Positions 29,565 to 39,030 of a stretch of DNA of 64,000 bases are shown in pieces. Both the position numbers and the translations under genes were made by a program. Origin of the DNA: an uncultured Actinomycetes bacterium (lineage in GTDB: Bacteria; Actinomycetota; Acidimicrobiia; Acidimicrobiales; CAVTQP01); contig CAVTQP010000001.1 of NCBI GenBank assembly GCA_963736925.1, positions 243,297 through 307,296 on the forward strand, written 5' to 3'. The notes beneath the pieces were generated by a model. That model searched no databases. It saw nothing but the letters and a program-made list of their open reading frames with translations, and was not told the DNA's origin. Each line of letters opens with the position of its first letter. Position 1 is the first letter of the stretch.

Positions 29565-31490
29565 CTACCTGGCCGGTCCCCGCCCCTGTCCTCTCGGCAC
29601 AGGCGGCGACGTGGCGGCTGTGCTGGAGCCGGTCGGCGACTGCCCCACGGTGATCGTCACGGTCGAGCCGGGGTCGACCTGGGCCCCCGATGCGGGATTC
29701 TGCGAGATGACCGTCCCCGCTCTGGTGGGGTCGCTGATGACCTGAGTCTGGACCTGGACCTGGAAGCCATCGTTGGACAGAACGCTCTGAGCGTCGTTCT
29801 GAGTGAAGCTCACCACGCCGGGCACCGACACCAGGTTGGGACCGCTCGAGATCACCAGGCTCACCGACGTGTTCTGGCTCACGACCGAGCCGGCGCCCGG
29901 ATCTGAGCTGATGACGTCACCCTTGGCATACTGCGATGAGGGCTGTTGGGTCTCGATGCCCAGTCGGAGCCCGTTGCTGATTAGCGTGTTGGCGGCCTGC
30001 GCCTGAGATTGTCCCACGACGTCGGGGACCCTCACCTGGCTCGGTCCGCTGGCCACTTGGAGCGTGACCGTGGACCCCGCCGGCACGGAGGTACCAGCAG
30101 GCGGGTTGGTGCCGGTGACCGTTCCCGGAGCAAACGAGCTGTTGGTGTCCGAGACCGTCGTGTACTTGAGGCCGTAGGCCTGCAGCTGGGCCGTGGCACT
30201 GGTGAGACTCTGACCCACCAAGTTGGGGACCCCGACCGTGCCCGGCCCGTTGCTCACGTCCAGGGTGACAGTGTCGCCCCTACTCACCCTCGCCGGGGGG
30301 GTGGGCGTCTGGGCAAAGACCGTGTCCCTGGTCGCCGGGTTGTTGGCACGCACGATCTTGGGGTTCAGCCCCTCACGTGACAGGGTCTGGGTAGCAGCGC
30401 TCATGGACTGCCCGACCAGGGCGGGCACAGCAAAGTTCGGAGCCGAGGCCGATCCGAAGAGTCCCAGGTTCTTCCCCACGAAGTAGAGGACCAGCCCAAG
30501 GATGATCAGGAGCACCAAGAGCAAGATCGCGTATGTGCGAGTCCGGCGATGAATGGGCTCTCTTCTCTCGGCGTCACCCTGGGACAGGGCCTGGGTGCGA
30601 TCGCCCGAGGGCACCACCTGGGTCTGATCCTCCGCGGCACCGGGATTCGCCAGAACGGTCGTTCCCCGCTGGTAGCGGAGGAGGTCGGCTCGGAGCTCCT
30701 GGGCGTTCTGGTAGCGGTCGGCCGGATCCTTGGCCATGGCCTGGAGGATGATCGCCTCGAAGGCAGCCGGGATGCTGGGATTGATCTGGCGGGGCGGGAC
30801 AGGGGCCTCGCGTACGTGCTTGTAGGCCACCGACACCGGGTTCTCGGCGCTGAACGGCGGCTGCCGCGTGACGCTCTCATAGAGGACCACACCCAGCGAG
30901 TACACGTCGCTTCGTGCGTCGGTGGCCATTCCTTGTGCCTGCTCGGGGGAGAAGTACGTAGCGGTACCCATGACCGTGCCGGTCTGGGTAAGGCTCTCCG
31001 AGGCGTTTGCAGCCCTGGCGATACCGAAGTCGGTCACCTTCACCTGACCGTCATCGGTGATCAAGACGTTGCCGGGTTTCACGTCCCGGTGGATCACCCC
31101 GTGCGAGTGCGCAAAACCAAGAGCCATCGCGACATCAGATCCGATGGCTGCTGCTCGATCCGCAAGCAGAGCGCCCTCTGTCTGGAGGATGAGCGAGAGT
31201 GGACGGCCTTCCACCAGCTCCATCACGATGAAGTAGTTGTGGCCGTCCTGTCCCCAGTCGTAGACCGAGACGATGTTCGGATGGCTGAGGTTGGCCGCCG
31301 CCTGAGCCTCCCTCCGAAATCGTTCGACGAAGGAGTGGTCCACTGACAGCTCGGGGAACAGCGCCTTCAGAGCGACGGGCCGATCGAGCAGGAGGTCGTG
31401 GGCCAAGAACACCTCGGCCATTCCCCCCCGGGCGATGAGTCGATTGATCTCGTAGCGCCCGTTGTAGGTCTGGGGCGTCACCGAGGACAT
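29565..31490 (-). CDS. pknB: Ser/Thr protein kinase PknB with four PASTA domains
   Basis: Kinase motifs (HRDVKPGNVL, DFGIA, SPEQA), one TM, then four ~65-aa PASTA-like repeats (VPxLVGQS...). Confidence 0.93.
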   Translation of the reverse strand: MSSVTPQTYNGRYEINRLIARGGMAEVFLAHDLLLDRPVALKALFPELSVDHSFVERFRREAQAAANLSHPNIVSVYDWGQDGHNYFIVMELVEGRPLSLILQTEGALLADRAAAIGSDVAMALGFAHSHGVIHRDVKPGNVLITDDGQVKVTDFGIARAANASESLTQTGTVMGTATYFSPEQAQGMATDARSDVYSLGVVLYESVTRQPPFSAENPVSVAYKHVREAPVPPRQINPSIPAAFEAIILQAMAKDPADRYQNAQELRADLLRYQRGTTVLANPGAAEDQTQVVPSGDRTQALSQGDAERREPIHRRTRTYAILLLVLLIILGLVLYFVGKNLGLFGSASAPNFAVPALVGQSMSAATQTLSREGLNPKIVRANNPATRDTVFAQTPTPPARVSRGDTVTLDVSNGPGTVGVPNLVGQSLTSATAQLQAYGLKYTTVSDTNSSFAPGTVTGTNPPAGTSVPAGSTVTLQVASGPSQVRVPDVVGQSQAQAANTLISNGLRLGIETQQPSSQYAKGDVISSDPGAGSVVSQNTSVSLVISSGPNLVSVPGVVSFTQNDAQSVLSNDGFQVQVQTQVISDPTRAGTVISQNPASGAQVDPGSTVTITVGQSPTGSSTAATSPPVPRGQGRGPAR

Positions 31491-31567
31491 GACCCACCGA
31501 GCCTAATGGGAACGGGATTCGGGGAAGGGGTTGGCCGGCCGTACGGCCAGCGTGCCGGCGAGGGTCA

Positions 31568-33028
31568 TCATCCAGTGCCCAAGGCGGCTTGCAATACGGC
31601 CTTGGCGACAGGCCCGGCAATCGTTGCACCCTGAGGATCTGCCCCGAGGCCGGGCTGGGCCGGCACCACGGCAGCTACCGCCACTCTGGGCGCCTGAGCA
31701 GGGGCGAAGGCGATCATCCAGTTGTTGGTGTTGCTCGCCGCGCCTGCCGTCTGAGCCGTACCGGTCTTGGCTGCCACCTGGATCCCGGGCAGTTGCATGC
31801 TGGTGGCTGTTCCTCTCGGATCCTGCACCACGCTGACCATCATCGACGTGACGTTTCCAGCTGTCTGAGGGGACGTAGCGGTGACCCAGGCCTTGGGGCT
31901 CCATGACCTCACAAGGTTGCCTTGGCTGTCGTGGATGTCGGCCATCACGTGCGGACCCATGACCACGCCGTGGTTGGCGATGGCCCCGGCGACCAGCGCC
32001 ATCTGAAGAGCCGTAGCGGTTACGTCTTGCTGGCCGATGGCGGAGAACGCAAGGGCCGGTTTGTCCTCGGCGAAGGCGGCCGATGAGGGAAAGCTCGATA
32101 TGGCGGCCGAAGGCAGGTCCAGTGGAGGCTTCTGGTCGAACCCGAAGGACTGAGCTTCGCCCGACAGGTTGTCCGGTCCCAGCTGCAGGCCGATCTGGGC
32201 GAAGCCGGTGTCACAGGACACGGTGAGCAGTTGCGGCAGCATCCCACCGCAGCTCTCTCCTCCGAAGTTGGACAGGGTATGGGTGGTGTTCGGTAGGGGG
32301 ATAGAGCTCTGCTGTGGATACGTCACGCTCGCCAGGGCCGGGTCCCTGTCCAGCACCGCCGACGAGGTGATCACCTTGAAGGTCGACCCAGGTGCGTAGG
32401 CGCGCCGGTAGGCCCGAGGCAGCATGGGGTTCAAGGGGTTGCGCTGGTTGGCGTTCCAGGCCGCGTTGACAACCGCGGCGTCGTGGGACGCGAGTGGATT
32501 CGGGTCGAAGGTGGGGTTGCTGTACATGGCGAGAATTGCGCCCGTGGACGGGTTCAGGGCTACGACCGCCCCTGCGTACTTCCCCAGGGCAAACTGAGCC
32601 ACCTGTTGTAGACGGTTGGAGGCGGTTAGCGTCACGGTCTCTGTTTCGTTCGGGTTCGTGAGCAGGTCGCTTATGTGTCGCAATGGGATGGTATGCCCGA
32701 TGAGGTCCGAGTTGTACGAGCGCTCCACGCCGTCGCTGCCGTAGATGATCGACGTGAAGCCTGTTATGTGAGCGAACAATGGTCCCTCGGGGTATCGGCG
32801 GAGGTATTTGTAGTTGTCGTTCGAGGGCACCGATTGGGCGACGACCACGCCGTCAGAGGTCTGGACCACGCCCCGGTCGCGAGCGAACTGGGCGAACAGC
32901 TTGCGGGTGTTCCCGGGAGCATTGGCCAGCTTCGACGCTTGGAGCACCTGAATGTTGTTCAACTGAAGGAAGAGAAGCCCGAACGCCAGCAGTAACACGA
33001 CGCCCAATCTTCGAATCTGACGGTCCAT
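31568..33028 (-). CDS. pbpA: Class B penicillin-binding protein (PbpA-like transpeptidase)
   Basis: N-terminal TM, an SxxK motif (PGSTFKV) and a KTGT motif (AAKTGTA). Confidence 0.9.
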   Translation of the reverse strand: MDRQIRRLGVVLLLAFGLLFLQLNNIQVLQASKLANAPGNTRKLFAQFARDRGVVQTSDGVVVAQSVPSNDNYKYLRRYPEGPLFAHITGFTSIIYGSDGVERSYNSDLIGHTIPLRHISDLLTNPNETETVTLTASNRLQQVAQFALGKYAGAVVALNPSTGAILAMYSNPTFDPNPLASHDAAVVNAAWNANQRNPLNPMLPRAYRRAYAPGSTFKVITSSAVLDRDPALASVTYPQQSSIPLPNTTHTLSNFGGESCGGMLPQLLTVSCDTGFAQIGLQLGPDNLSGEAQSFGFDQKPPLDLPSAAISSFPSSAAFAEDKPALAFSAIGQQDVTATALQMALVAGAIANHGVVMGPHVMADIHDSQGNLVRSWSPKAWVTATSPQTAGNVTSMMVSVVQDPRGTATSMQLPGIQVAAKTGTAQTAGAASNTNNWMIAFAPAQAPRVAVAAVVPAQPGLGADPQGATIAGPVAKAVLQAALGTG

Positions 33029-33059
33029 AGATGCTCAGATACCCCGCGCCCGGGTCATG

Positions 33060-34337
33060 TCACGGTGCTGCCGGAGCGGCGCCGGGGGCGGTACTCGCCG
33101 CGCTCGCTGTGCCTGCAGCGGGAAGCGAGCGGGCTTCGGCCTTGAGGTTCGAGACGTAGTGCTTGGCAGCGTCGAGCGACGACTCCTCCGTCCCATGGCG
33201 AAGATCGCTCAGACGCGAGGGCAAGACGTTCGAGGTGGTCACACCGGTTAGGACGGCGAGGCGAGGCTGGAACCACAGGAAGCCGCCGGGTCGCCCCTGA
33301 TAGATGGCCAAGTGGTTGCCGGACAGGCTCACATAGTAAGAGCGGGTTGCAAACCAGCCCACGGCTGCCACGGCCCCACCGATGACTGCCAGCATCAAGA
33401 TGCAAAAGACTACGACCCGGAGGGTTATACGACGGCCCGGGCGTCGGATCCGACCTTGCCTCCGCCCCGCCCTTCCGGCAACCGGCGGTTCGTCGTCGCC
33501 GGTCGCCCGCTGCTCGGCCTCGGCGGACCCTTGCGCCGGAATCAACCCGACCGCCGTGTGATCAGGCTCCTGGGACCTCGCTCGTGCGACCTCACCCGGA
33601 CCGTCGGCCGCGGGGCCGTCGGCTTGGACGTCTATGACCACCACGGTGATGTTGTCGTTGCCACCGTGGTCTCTCGCCGCTTGGACCAGGTCTGCCGCGG
33701 CGGCCTGTGGATCCTTGAGCACGGCGAGGATCTCGGCTATCTCGGAGTCTCCCACCTCGTCGGTCAGGCCGTCGCTGCAGAGCATGACCCGATCACCCAG
33801 GGCGGGCGCCAACAGGATTGTGTCGACGTCCACCTCCGGTCCGGCGCCCAGAGCGCGGGTGACGATGTGCCGCTGCGGATGGAGCGTTGCCTCTTCGGGA
33901 CTCAGCTCACCACTGCGGACCCACTCCTCTACCAGGCTGTGGTCCTCGGTCAACTGGGACAGCTCACCATCGTGGAGGAGGTAGGCACGAGAATCGCCCA
34001 CGTTCACCAGGGCGAGACGGTCCCCGCCGTCAGCCCTCACCACGCCCAGGGCGGTGATGGTGGTGCCCATGCCGCGCAGCTCGGTGCTGGAGATACCCTT
34101 CTGCCACACGACCTCGTTGGCGCGGCGGACAGCCTCCTCAAGCCCGGCCGTCGTGGGGTCATTGGAGAAGGCGCCCAGCAAGGTGTCTATGGCCGTGCGG
34201 GAGGCCACCTCGCCGCCGGCGTGGCCACCCATGCCGTCGGCGACGGCCCAGAGAGAGTCGCCGACAAGAGCCAGATCTTCGTTGTTGGTTCTGACCATGC
34301 CCACGTCGGTAGCCGACCCAGCGCGGATAGAGGTCAT
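33060..34337 (-). CDS. pstP: PP2C-family Ser/Thr phosphatase PstP
   Basis: PP2C motifs (VRTNNEDL, ADGMGGHAGGEVAS, GGNDNITVVV), a TM and an extracellular tail. The start was trimmed to the MTSIRAG ATG, which overlaps the fhaB stop. Confidence 0.9.
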   Translation of the reverse strand: MTSIRAGSATDVGMVRTNNEDLALVGDSLWAVADGMGGHAGGEVASRTAIDTLLGAFSNDPTTAGLEEAVRRANEVVWQKGISSTELRGMGTTITALGVVRADGGDRLALVNVGDSRAYLLHDGELSQLTEDHSLVEEWVRSGELSPEEATLHPQRHIVTRALGAGPEVDVDTILLAPALGDRVMLCSDGLTDEVGDSEIAEILAVLKDPQAAAADLVQAARDHGGNDNITVVVIDVQADGPAADGPGEVARARSQEPDHTAVGLIPAQGSAEAEQRATGDDEPPVAGRAGRRQGRIRRPGRRITLRVVVFCILMLAVIGGAVAAVGWFATRSYYVSLSGNHLAIYQGRPGGFLWFQPRLAVLTGVTTSNVLPSRLSDLRHGTEESSLDAAKHYVSNLKAEARSLPAAGTASAASTAPGAAPAAP

Positions 34338-34789
34338 TTGGCCACTTCGAGCACGGTCTGACCCACCTGTAAGCGATCTCCTCTGCGAACCCGTACGGGT
34401 GACGCGATGCGCTTTGCGTTCACGTATGTTCCATTGGTGGAGCCGAGGTCCTCGATCCAGAACTGGCCGTCCTGTCGGAACACCCGTGCGTGGACTTTCG
34501 AGGCAAACGAATCTCCGTCGATCGACACTCCGCAACCGGCCGCTCTTCCCACGGTCAGCTCGTTCGCTAGGTCGTATGTGCGTCCTCGGTCTTTCTCTGG
34601 CTCTATTACCTTAAGGTGCAGAGGCGAAGGGCCCCCGGCTTTGGGTCTCGTCTCTTTCAGCCCTTCCTCGACAGTGCTGAGCCGCGGTCTTCTCATCTCT
34701 GCCCACGCGGTCCTCAGGACTCTCAAGAAGAACAGCCATACGAGGGCCAGGAGGAGGAACTTGAGGATTGTAAGCAGTGACTCCGGCAC
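34334..34789 (-). CDS. fhaB: FHA-domain protein FhaB/FipA
   Basis: N-terminal TM followed by a C-terminal FHA domain (LTVGRAAGCGVSIDGDSFASKVHARVF...EDLGSTNGTYVN). Confidence 0.88.
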   Translation of the reverse strand: MPESLLTILKFLLLALVWLFFLRVLRTAWAEMRRPRLSTVEEGLKETRPKAGGPSPLHLKVIEPEKDRGRTYDLANELTVGRAAGCGVSIDGDSFASKVHARVFRQDGQFWIEDLGSTNGTYVNAKRIASPVRVRRGDRLQVGQTVLEVAK

Positions 34790-35443
34790 TCAGGAGGCCT
34801 CGAAACGCATGGTCGTGGTTCCTATGGTGATCTCGTCACCGTCGGCAAGGCGGCGCTGACCGGCCGCGGTTCCGTTGACTCGCGTTCCGTTGGTCGAACC
34901 CAGATCCACCAGGACGATCTCGGGTCCCTGGCGTCTCACCTCGGCATGATGACGACTGACGTTGGGATCCGAGAGGACCACCCCACAGTCGGGAAGACGT
35001 CCGATTGTCAAGACTCCCTGGTGAAGCTCGATTCGCTTGCCGTCAGGAAGCACCAAAGACGCTGGCGTTCCGTCGGGGCCCTCGCGCATCGCCACACCCA
35101 AGCGCACCGTCCCCGGGCTGACTGATTCGTCCGGAAGGAGGCGTATCTCAACCGGACCCAGAAACCCGTATCTCTCGCGGCGCGCATGCTCTCGGGCCGC
35201 GTCGGCCAATTCTCGGGCCAGCGCGTCCGCGAAGGACTCGAAGCGGCGCAGGTCCATGGGCGAGAGGGCGACCTCGAACACGTTCGGAGCGATGAGGCCG
35301 TTGACGCCGACGGTTCGTTGAAGATCCATCTCGCGAGTTAGCCGTCGCCCGATCTCAACAGGCTGGAGGCCTCCGCGGAATGCCCTCGCAAAGGCCCCTT
35401 CGACGAGGCGCTCGAGTCGCCTCTCGAACTGCTGTAGTCCCAT
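34790..35443 (-). CDS. fhaA: FHA-domain protein FhaA (DUF3662 + FHA)
   Basis: N-terminal MGLQQFERRLERLVEGAFARAF (DUF3662) and a C-terminal FHA domain (LTIGRLPDCGVVLSDPNVSRHHAEV...DLGSTNGTRVNG). The upstream ORF extension is the antisense of tRNA-Leu. Confidence 0.88.
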   Translation of the reverse strand: MGLQQFERRLERLVEGAFARAFRGGLQPVEIGRRLTREMDLQRTVGVNGLIAPNVFEVALSPMDLRRFESFADALARELADAAREHARRERYGFLGPVEIRLLPDESVSPGTVRLGVAMREGPDGTPASLVLPDGKRIELHQGVLTIGRLPDCGVVLSDPNVSRHHAEVRRQGPEIVLVDLGSTNGTRVNGTAAGQRRLADGDEITIGTTTMRFEAS

Positions 35444-35517
35444 TTCAGGGCAAAGCCTACCCAGGCGGTTACGGTGCAGGTCGCCAGGGCAGGTCCGATA
35501 ACCTGGCGGTTTGAGGC

Positions 35518-35601
<84 letters not shown>

Positions 35602-36761
35602 CGTGCGGCATGAAGCTCGACCTTGCATCGAGTAGCGCGACTCAGCCGTAATTCTGTGCTAATGAGCATACGACGTCGCGCTTGATCTCGATGATCGCAT
35701 CTTTGAAGTCAGAGACTTGCGCTGTTTAGTAGCGCGTTAGCGCCGAGAGGACGAAGATGGCTGCTGTGAGCCTCAGCATGGCTGGCGGGTCCACAGTTCG
35801 CAGTAGCTGGGCTGGTGACGGCGCTCACACTTTCGGTCAGTTGGACAGACTTCGGCAGTTCTGCCTGGCGTCATTGGCGGATCCCGACGAGGCAGACATC
35901 GTGACGACCGAGATCGTTGCGCGCTGTGGCACGAGGCGTCGGAGAACGCGCCGGCCCGCCGTTGCAGTGCTCGGGCGACTTGCGTCTATGGGTCCTCGCC
36001 CGCATGGTGACAGCGGAGCACCAAAGTGGCCCAGGCCTCCACAGGATCGGACCCCTTGCACAACTGGCGGGCCCTGGCCCCGGATCGCTCACACCATCCG
36101 GGCGAGGGAGCTCATCCGGCTCAGGCTCGGCGAGCAGCAGCCGCCGTCCAGTTATGGAGCTATCGGGGTCCGACGGGGGGGTGCTCAGTGGTCCGAGCCC
36201 GCTCTTCAGAAGTCTGAAGCGTGAGAGCCTCGAGACCTCTTCCGCGTCTAAAGAGGTCGGTGCGGGACCGGAACAGCTCGGCCTCCGACCTGCCTTGGGA
36301 TCACTTCTGGCCGCGTTTGGAGAGCCCGCCCACCCGGAATCGTTCGGCATCAGAAAAGTCCTGGGAACTGCGACCCAGCGACCGCTGGCCCTTGTGGCCG
36401 CCCCGGCCCCGAGGGCCGCGGCCGGACAGCCGCCGGGTCGAGGGGTCCACCGACCAGTTCGGGGCACTCGTCTGGCATTTGGGGCGCTGCTCGCCGCCGC
36501 CCTTTCCGTGACAGTGGGCCGCCTTGTGACGGTGGGTCGCCTGAGGCGGCGAACCGTCCCCCCACGACGACGATCCAAGAAGAGGGTGAGCTTCCCTAGG
36601 CGGAGACCATCGGCCTTGATTAGCGAAGGGGCGGTGTCGAGACTCTAAGGCGTCGAGCCCATAGGAGTCACCCCTGGTGAGGGTAGAGGCTCACTGAAGG
36701 TGGTCGAGGCCAATCCACGACTGGTATGGCAAGGATTTCATATCCGGCTGCGGGCGGTTCG

Positions 36762-36815
36762 GGAGCCTGTGGCGAGGCTGGGGGCGTCTCCAGGAGCTTG
36801 TGGCGAGGCTGGGGG
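36762..36815. repeat. Two copies of a 23-nt direct repeat (GGAGCYTGTGGCGAGGCTGGGGG), period 31
   Basis: Copies at 36762-36784 and 36793-36815, just downstream of the sigma-factor stop codon (minus strand). Confidence 0.6.
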
Positions 36816-36880
36816 TGGAGCTCCCTGGCTTCGGCCAACCTCCGGTTGGGGCGTAGGGCTTGCGTCAGGTCGTATCTCTG

Positions 36881-37696
36881 TCAGGATGCCTTGGGGCCCC
36901 TACTCCGACGCTTGCTGCGAGCCTTGACCGCGGCATTCTCTCCTGACTCGGATCTGAGTCGGGCGAGGCTTCGCGCCAACAGCCTCGATACGTGCATCTG
37001 GCTGATGTCGAGCTCCTTGGCGATCTCGGATTGAGTCAGGCCCCTGAAGAATCGTAGGTGCAGGATGAGTCGTTCCCGATGTGGGAGCTCGGCGAGGAGC
37101 GGGACCAGGGTGGTCCGTGTCTCGGCCGCCAGGAACTGCTCGTCCTCGACTCCCAGGCGCTCGCTCAGATCGGTGGTCTCGTCGGGCCCCGGTGAATCGA
37201 GTGATGCGGAGCGGTAGCCCCGGCCCGCCTCGAGCGCCTCGATCACCTCTTCCTCGGAGGTCCGCGTTTGAGCAGCGAGCTCGGCAATGGTGGGAGACCT
37301 TCCAAGCTCCTGGGAGAGTGCCGAGATGACCTCGTTGAGCTCCAGGTAGAGCTCTTGAACCCGCCGCGGCGCCCTGATCGCCCAGGCACGGTCTCGAAAG
37401 TGACGCTTCAGCTCACCGGCGATGGTGTGGGTCGCAAAAGTCGAGAACTCGACATCCCGTCGCGGATCAAATCGATCGACAGCCTTGATCAGGGCCAGAG
37501 ACCCGACCTGGAAGAGGTCCTCGTGGCTCTCCCCACGGTTCGCGAACCTTCTGGACAGGTACTCGGCCAGCCCGAGATGTGACCGGACCAGCTCCTCCCG
37601 GAGGGACGGGTCACGGGTCCGGGCAAACTCCGCGAACTTGACTCTGAGTTGCTGCTTGCTGTCGTTGAGGCTATCCATCGCGACCTTGACGATCAT
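36881..37696 (-). CDS. RNA polymerase sigma factor, SigB/SigF-type (group 3)
   Basis: Region 2 (DLFQVGSLALIKAVDRFDP...FSTFATHTIAGELKRHFRD), region 3, and region 4.2 HTH (LTQSEIAKELDISQMHVSRLL). An ATG at 37678 is an alternative start. Confidence 0.9.
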   Translation of the reverse strand: MIVKVAMDSLNDSKQQLRVKFAEFARTRDPSLREELVRSHLGLAEYLSRRFANRGESHEDLFQVGSLALIKAVDRFDPRRDVEFSTFATHTIAGELKRHFRDRAWAIRAPRRVQELYLELNEVISALSQELGRSPTIAELAAQTRTSEEEVIEALEAGRGYRSASLDSPGPDETTDLSERLGVEDEQFLAAETRTTLVPLLAELPHRERLILHLRFFRGLTQSEIAKELDISQMHVSRLLARSLARLRSESGENAAVKARSKRRSRGPKAS

Positions 37697-38066
37697 CGAG
37701 TCGGGTCTTCCGGAGCCAGGCCTTCAGCAGTTTGGGATCGGCGTCGCTTGTACCGTGATCGTCTACTAGAGCGTCCAATATCCGCTCGGAGTACTCGGTT
37801 GAAAAGAGGGAGAGGGGGCGCTGGCTGTCGGAAAGGGTGCCTTCGACCTCGAGACTCGCGTCGCTGAGCAGGTACTTGAGTACCATGGCTCCGGACCGTC
37901 CGCCTGCACCGACAAGCGAGAAGCACAACTCGTCAATGGCAAGGCGGAGGTCCTCCACCTCCTCGAAGCTGAACCCGCTGCGAGAGGCCAGACCGGCTGC
38001 CAGCATCCTCGCCAGGCTGACCAACTCTGGATTGGCAGGAAGCGTCAACACCACCTCGTCCGTCAC
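37671..38066 (-). CDS. Putative anti-sigma factor (RsbW/UsfX-like fold, nucleotide-binding motifs degenerate)
   Basis: 131 aa, positioned between the STAS antagonist and the sigma gene. It has the RsbW-like pattern LSLARMLAAGLASRSGFSFEEVEDLRLAIDELCFSL but lacks clear N-box Asn/His and G-box residues. Confidence 0.5.
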   Translation of the reverse strand: MTDEVVLTLPANPELVSLARMLAAGLASRSGFSFEEVEDLRLAIDELCFSLVGAGGRSGAMVLKYLLSDASLEVEGTLSDSQRPLSLFSTEYSERILDALVDDHGTSDADPKLLKAWLRKTRLDDRQGRDG

Positions 38067-38098
38067 GGCGCCCTCCCTCGGGGGATCACAAGAACCGA

Positions 38099-38452
38099 TC
38101 AGGTCCTCTGGGCAGAAACCGCGCCGTCGACCGAATCATGGATCGAGAACACCGCAGTGAGCCCGGTTATCTCCAAAACCTTCAGGATCCGCGGATGGGT
38201 GCAAACCACGACCAGATCTCCGCCGGCGCTCCGGAAGCGCTTCAGTCCCCCCACCAAGACCCCCAGGCCGGCGGAGTCCAGAAAACCGAGCCTCTCCAGG
38301 TCGACGACGACGAAATTGGTCCCCGAATCGGACAGCTCGACGAACCTGTCTCGTAGGCGGGGGGACGTGTAGGCATCCATCTCGCCTCTGATCGCGACAA
38401 TGGTGGTCCCCTCGCGCCGAGTCACATCGAAGCTGACGTCCATCCCTGCCAA
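38099..38452 (-). CDS. STAS-domain anti-sigma factor antagonist (RsbV/SpoIIAA-like)
   Basis: STAS pattern with a phosphorylatable-Ser context (LGFLDSAGLGVLVGGLKR). Confidence 0.88.
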   Translation of the reverse strand: MAGMDVSFDVTRREGTTIVAIRGEMDAYTSPRLRDRFVELSDSGTNFVVVDLERLGFLDSAGLGVLVGGLKRFRSAGGDLVVVCTHPRILKVLEITGLTAVFSIHDSVDGAVSAQRT

Positions 38453-38957
38453 CCTCCCCTGGCCCTGAACCGGGCCGTCGTTGCCTCCATGCGCATCACC
38501 CGGAAGGAAGCAGCAACAAGCTTAGAAGCTTGCAATGCCGAGGGCGATGTGACCAGGTCAAAGACCATCCGAGGACTGGGATGCACAGCTCTCGGAACGG
38601 TCCAGAACGCGACGAGGAGGGCCATACGGCCCTCTCTCGTCGTGCATTCCCGGGGAGGAACACCCGAATTACTACCCCAGGCTCGCCCGACCGAAACCTC
38701 CGGGGTATCCAGCGCGCCGCTGTGTGAGGTTCGGTGGGTTACCAGGGGGCTTGTCCGAGCGCCCGCCGAAATACCGGGTCAGCCGACCCTCTAGGTAGAC
38801 GGGGCCCGTAACCCGTCCCAAGGGGGCCCGCTCGGTCCCGGGCGGGCGGCGCCATCGGAGGGCGGTGTGGCCGCGACGGCCTGATTGCCCGTGATAGACC
38901 TCAAACGAGTAGTCGGGTAAGCGGGGAAAGTGGTTGAGTAAGCAGACAAATTTGACT

Positions 38958-39021
38958 CATCGGAGACGGCGACGATCGGAGACGGTGACGATAGGAGGCT
39001 TGGACGATCGGAGACGGTGCA
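38958..39021 (+). repeat. Four tandem 16-nt units (GATCGGAGACGGTGAC consensus; third unit diverged)
   Basis: Units are CATCGGAGACGGCGAC, GATCGGAGACGGTGAC, GATAGGAGGCTTGGAC and GATCGGAGACGGTGCA, head to tail. The array ends 10 nt before the ppa GTG. Confidence 0.75.
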
Positions 39022-39030
39022 GACCTAGTA

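Noticed and set aside
35757-36648. Three mutually overlapping ORFs of 155-243 aa on both strands.
   Set aside because: None has consistent family-level features along its length. Only short sigma-like patches are seen, so this is reported as a finding and not annotated as CDS.
38700-38900. Possible RNase P RNA or tmRNA in the GC-rich structured spacer, and likewise in 40560-40720.
   Set aside because: No GAGGAAAGTCCGG P4 strand and no ACAGAACCCGGCTTA-type 3' strand are present. There is no tRNA-like 3' end with TTCGA plus CCA.
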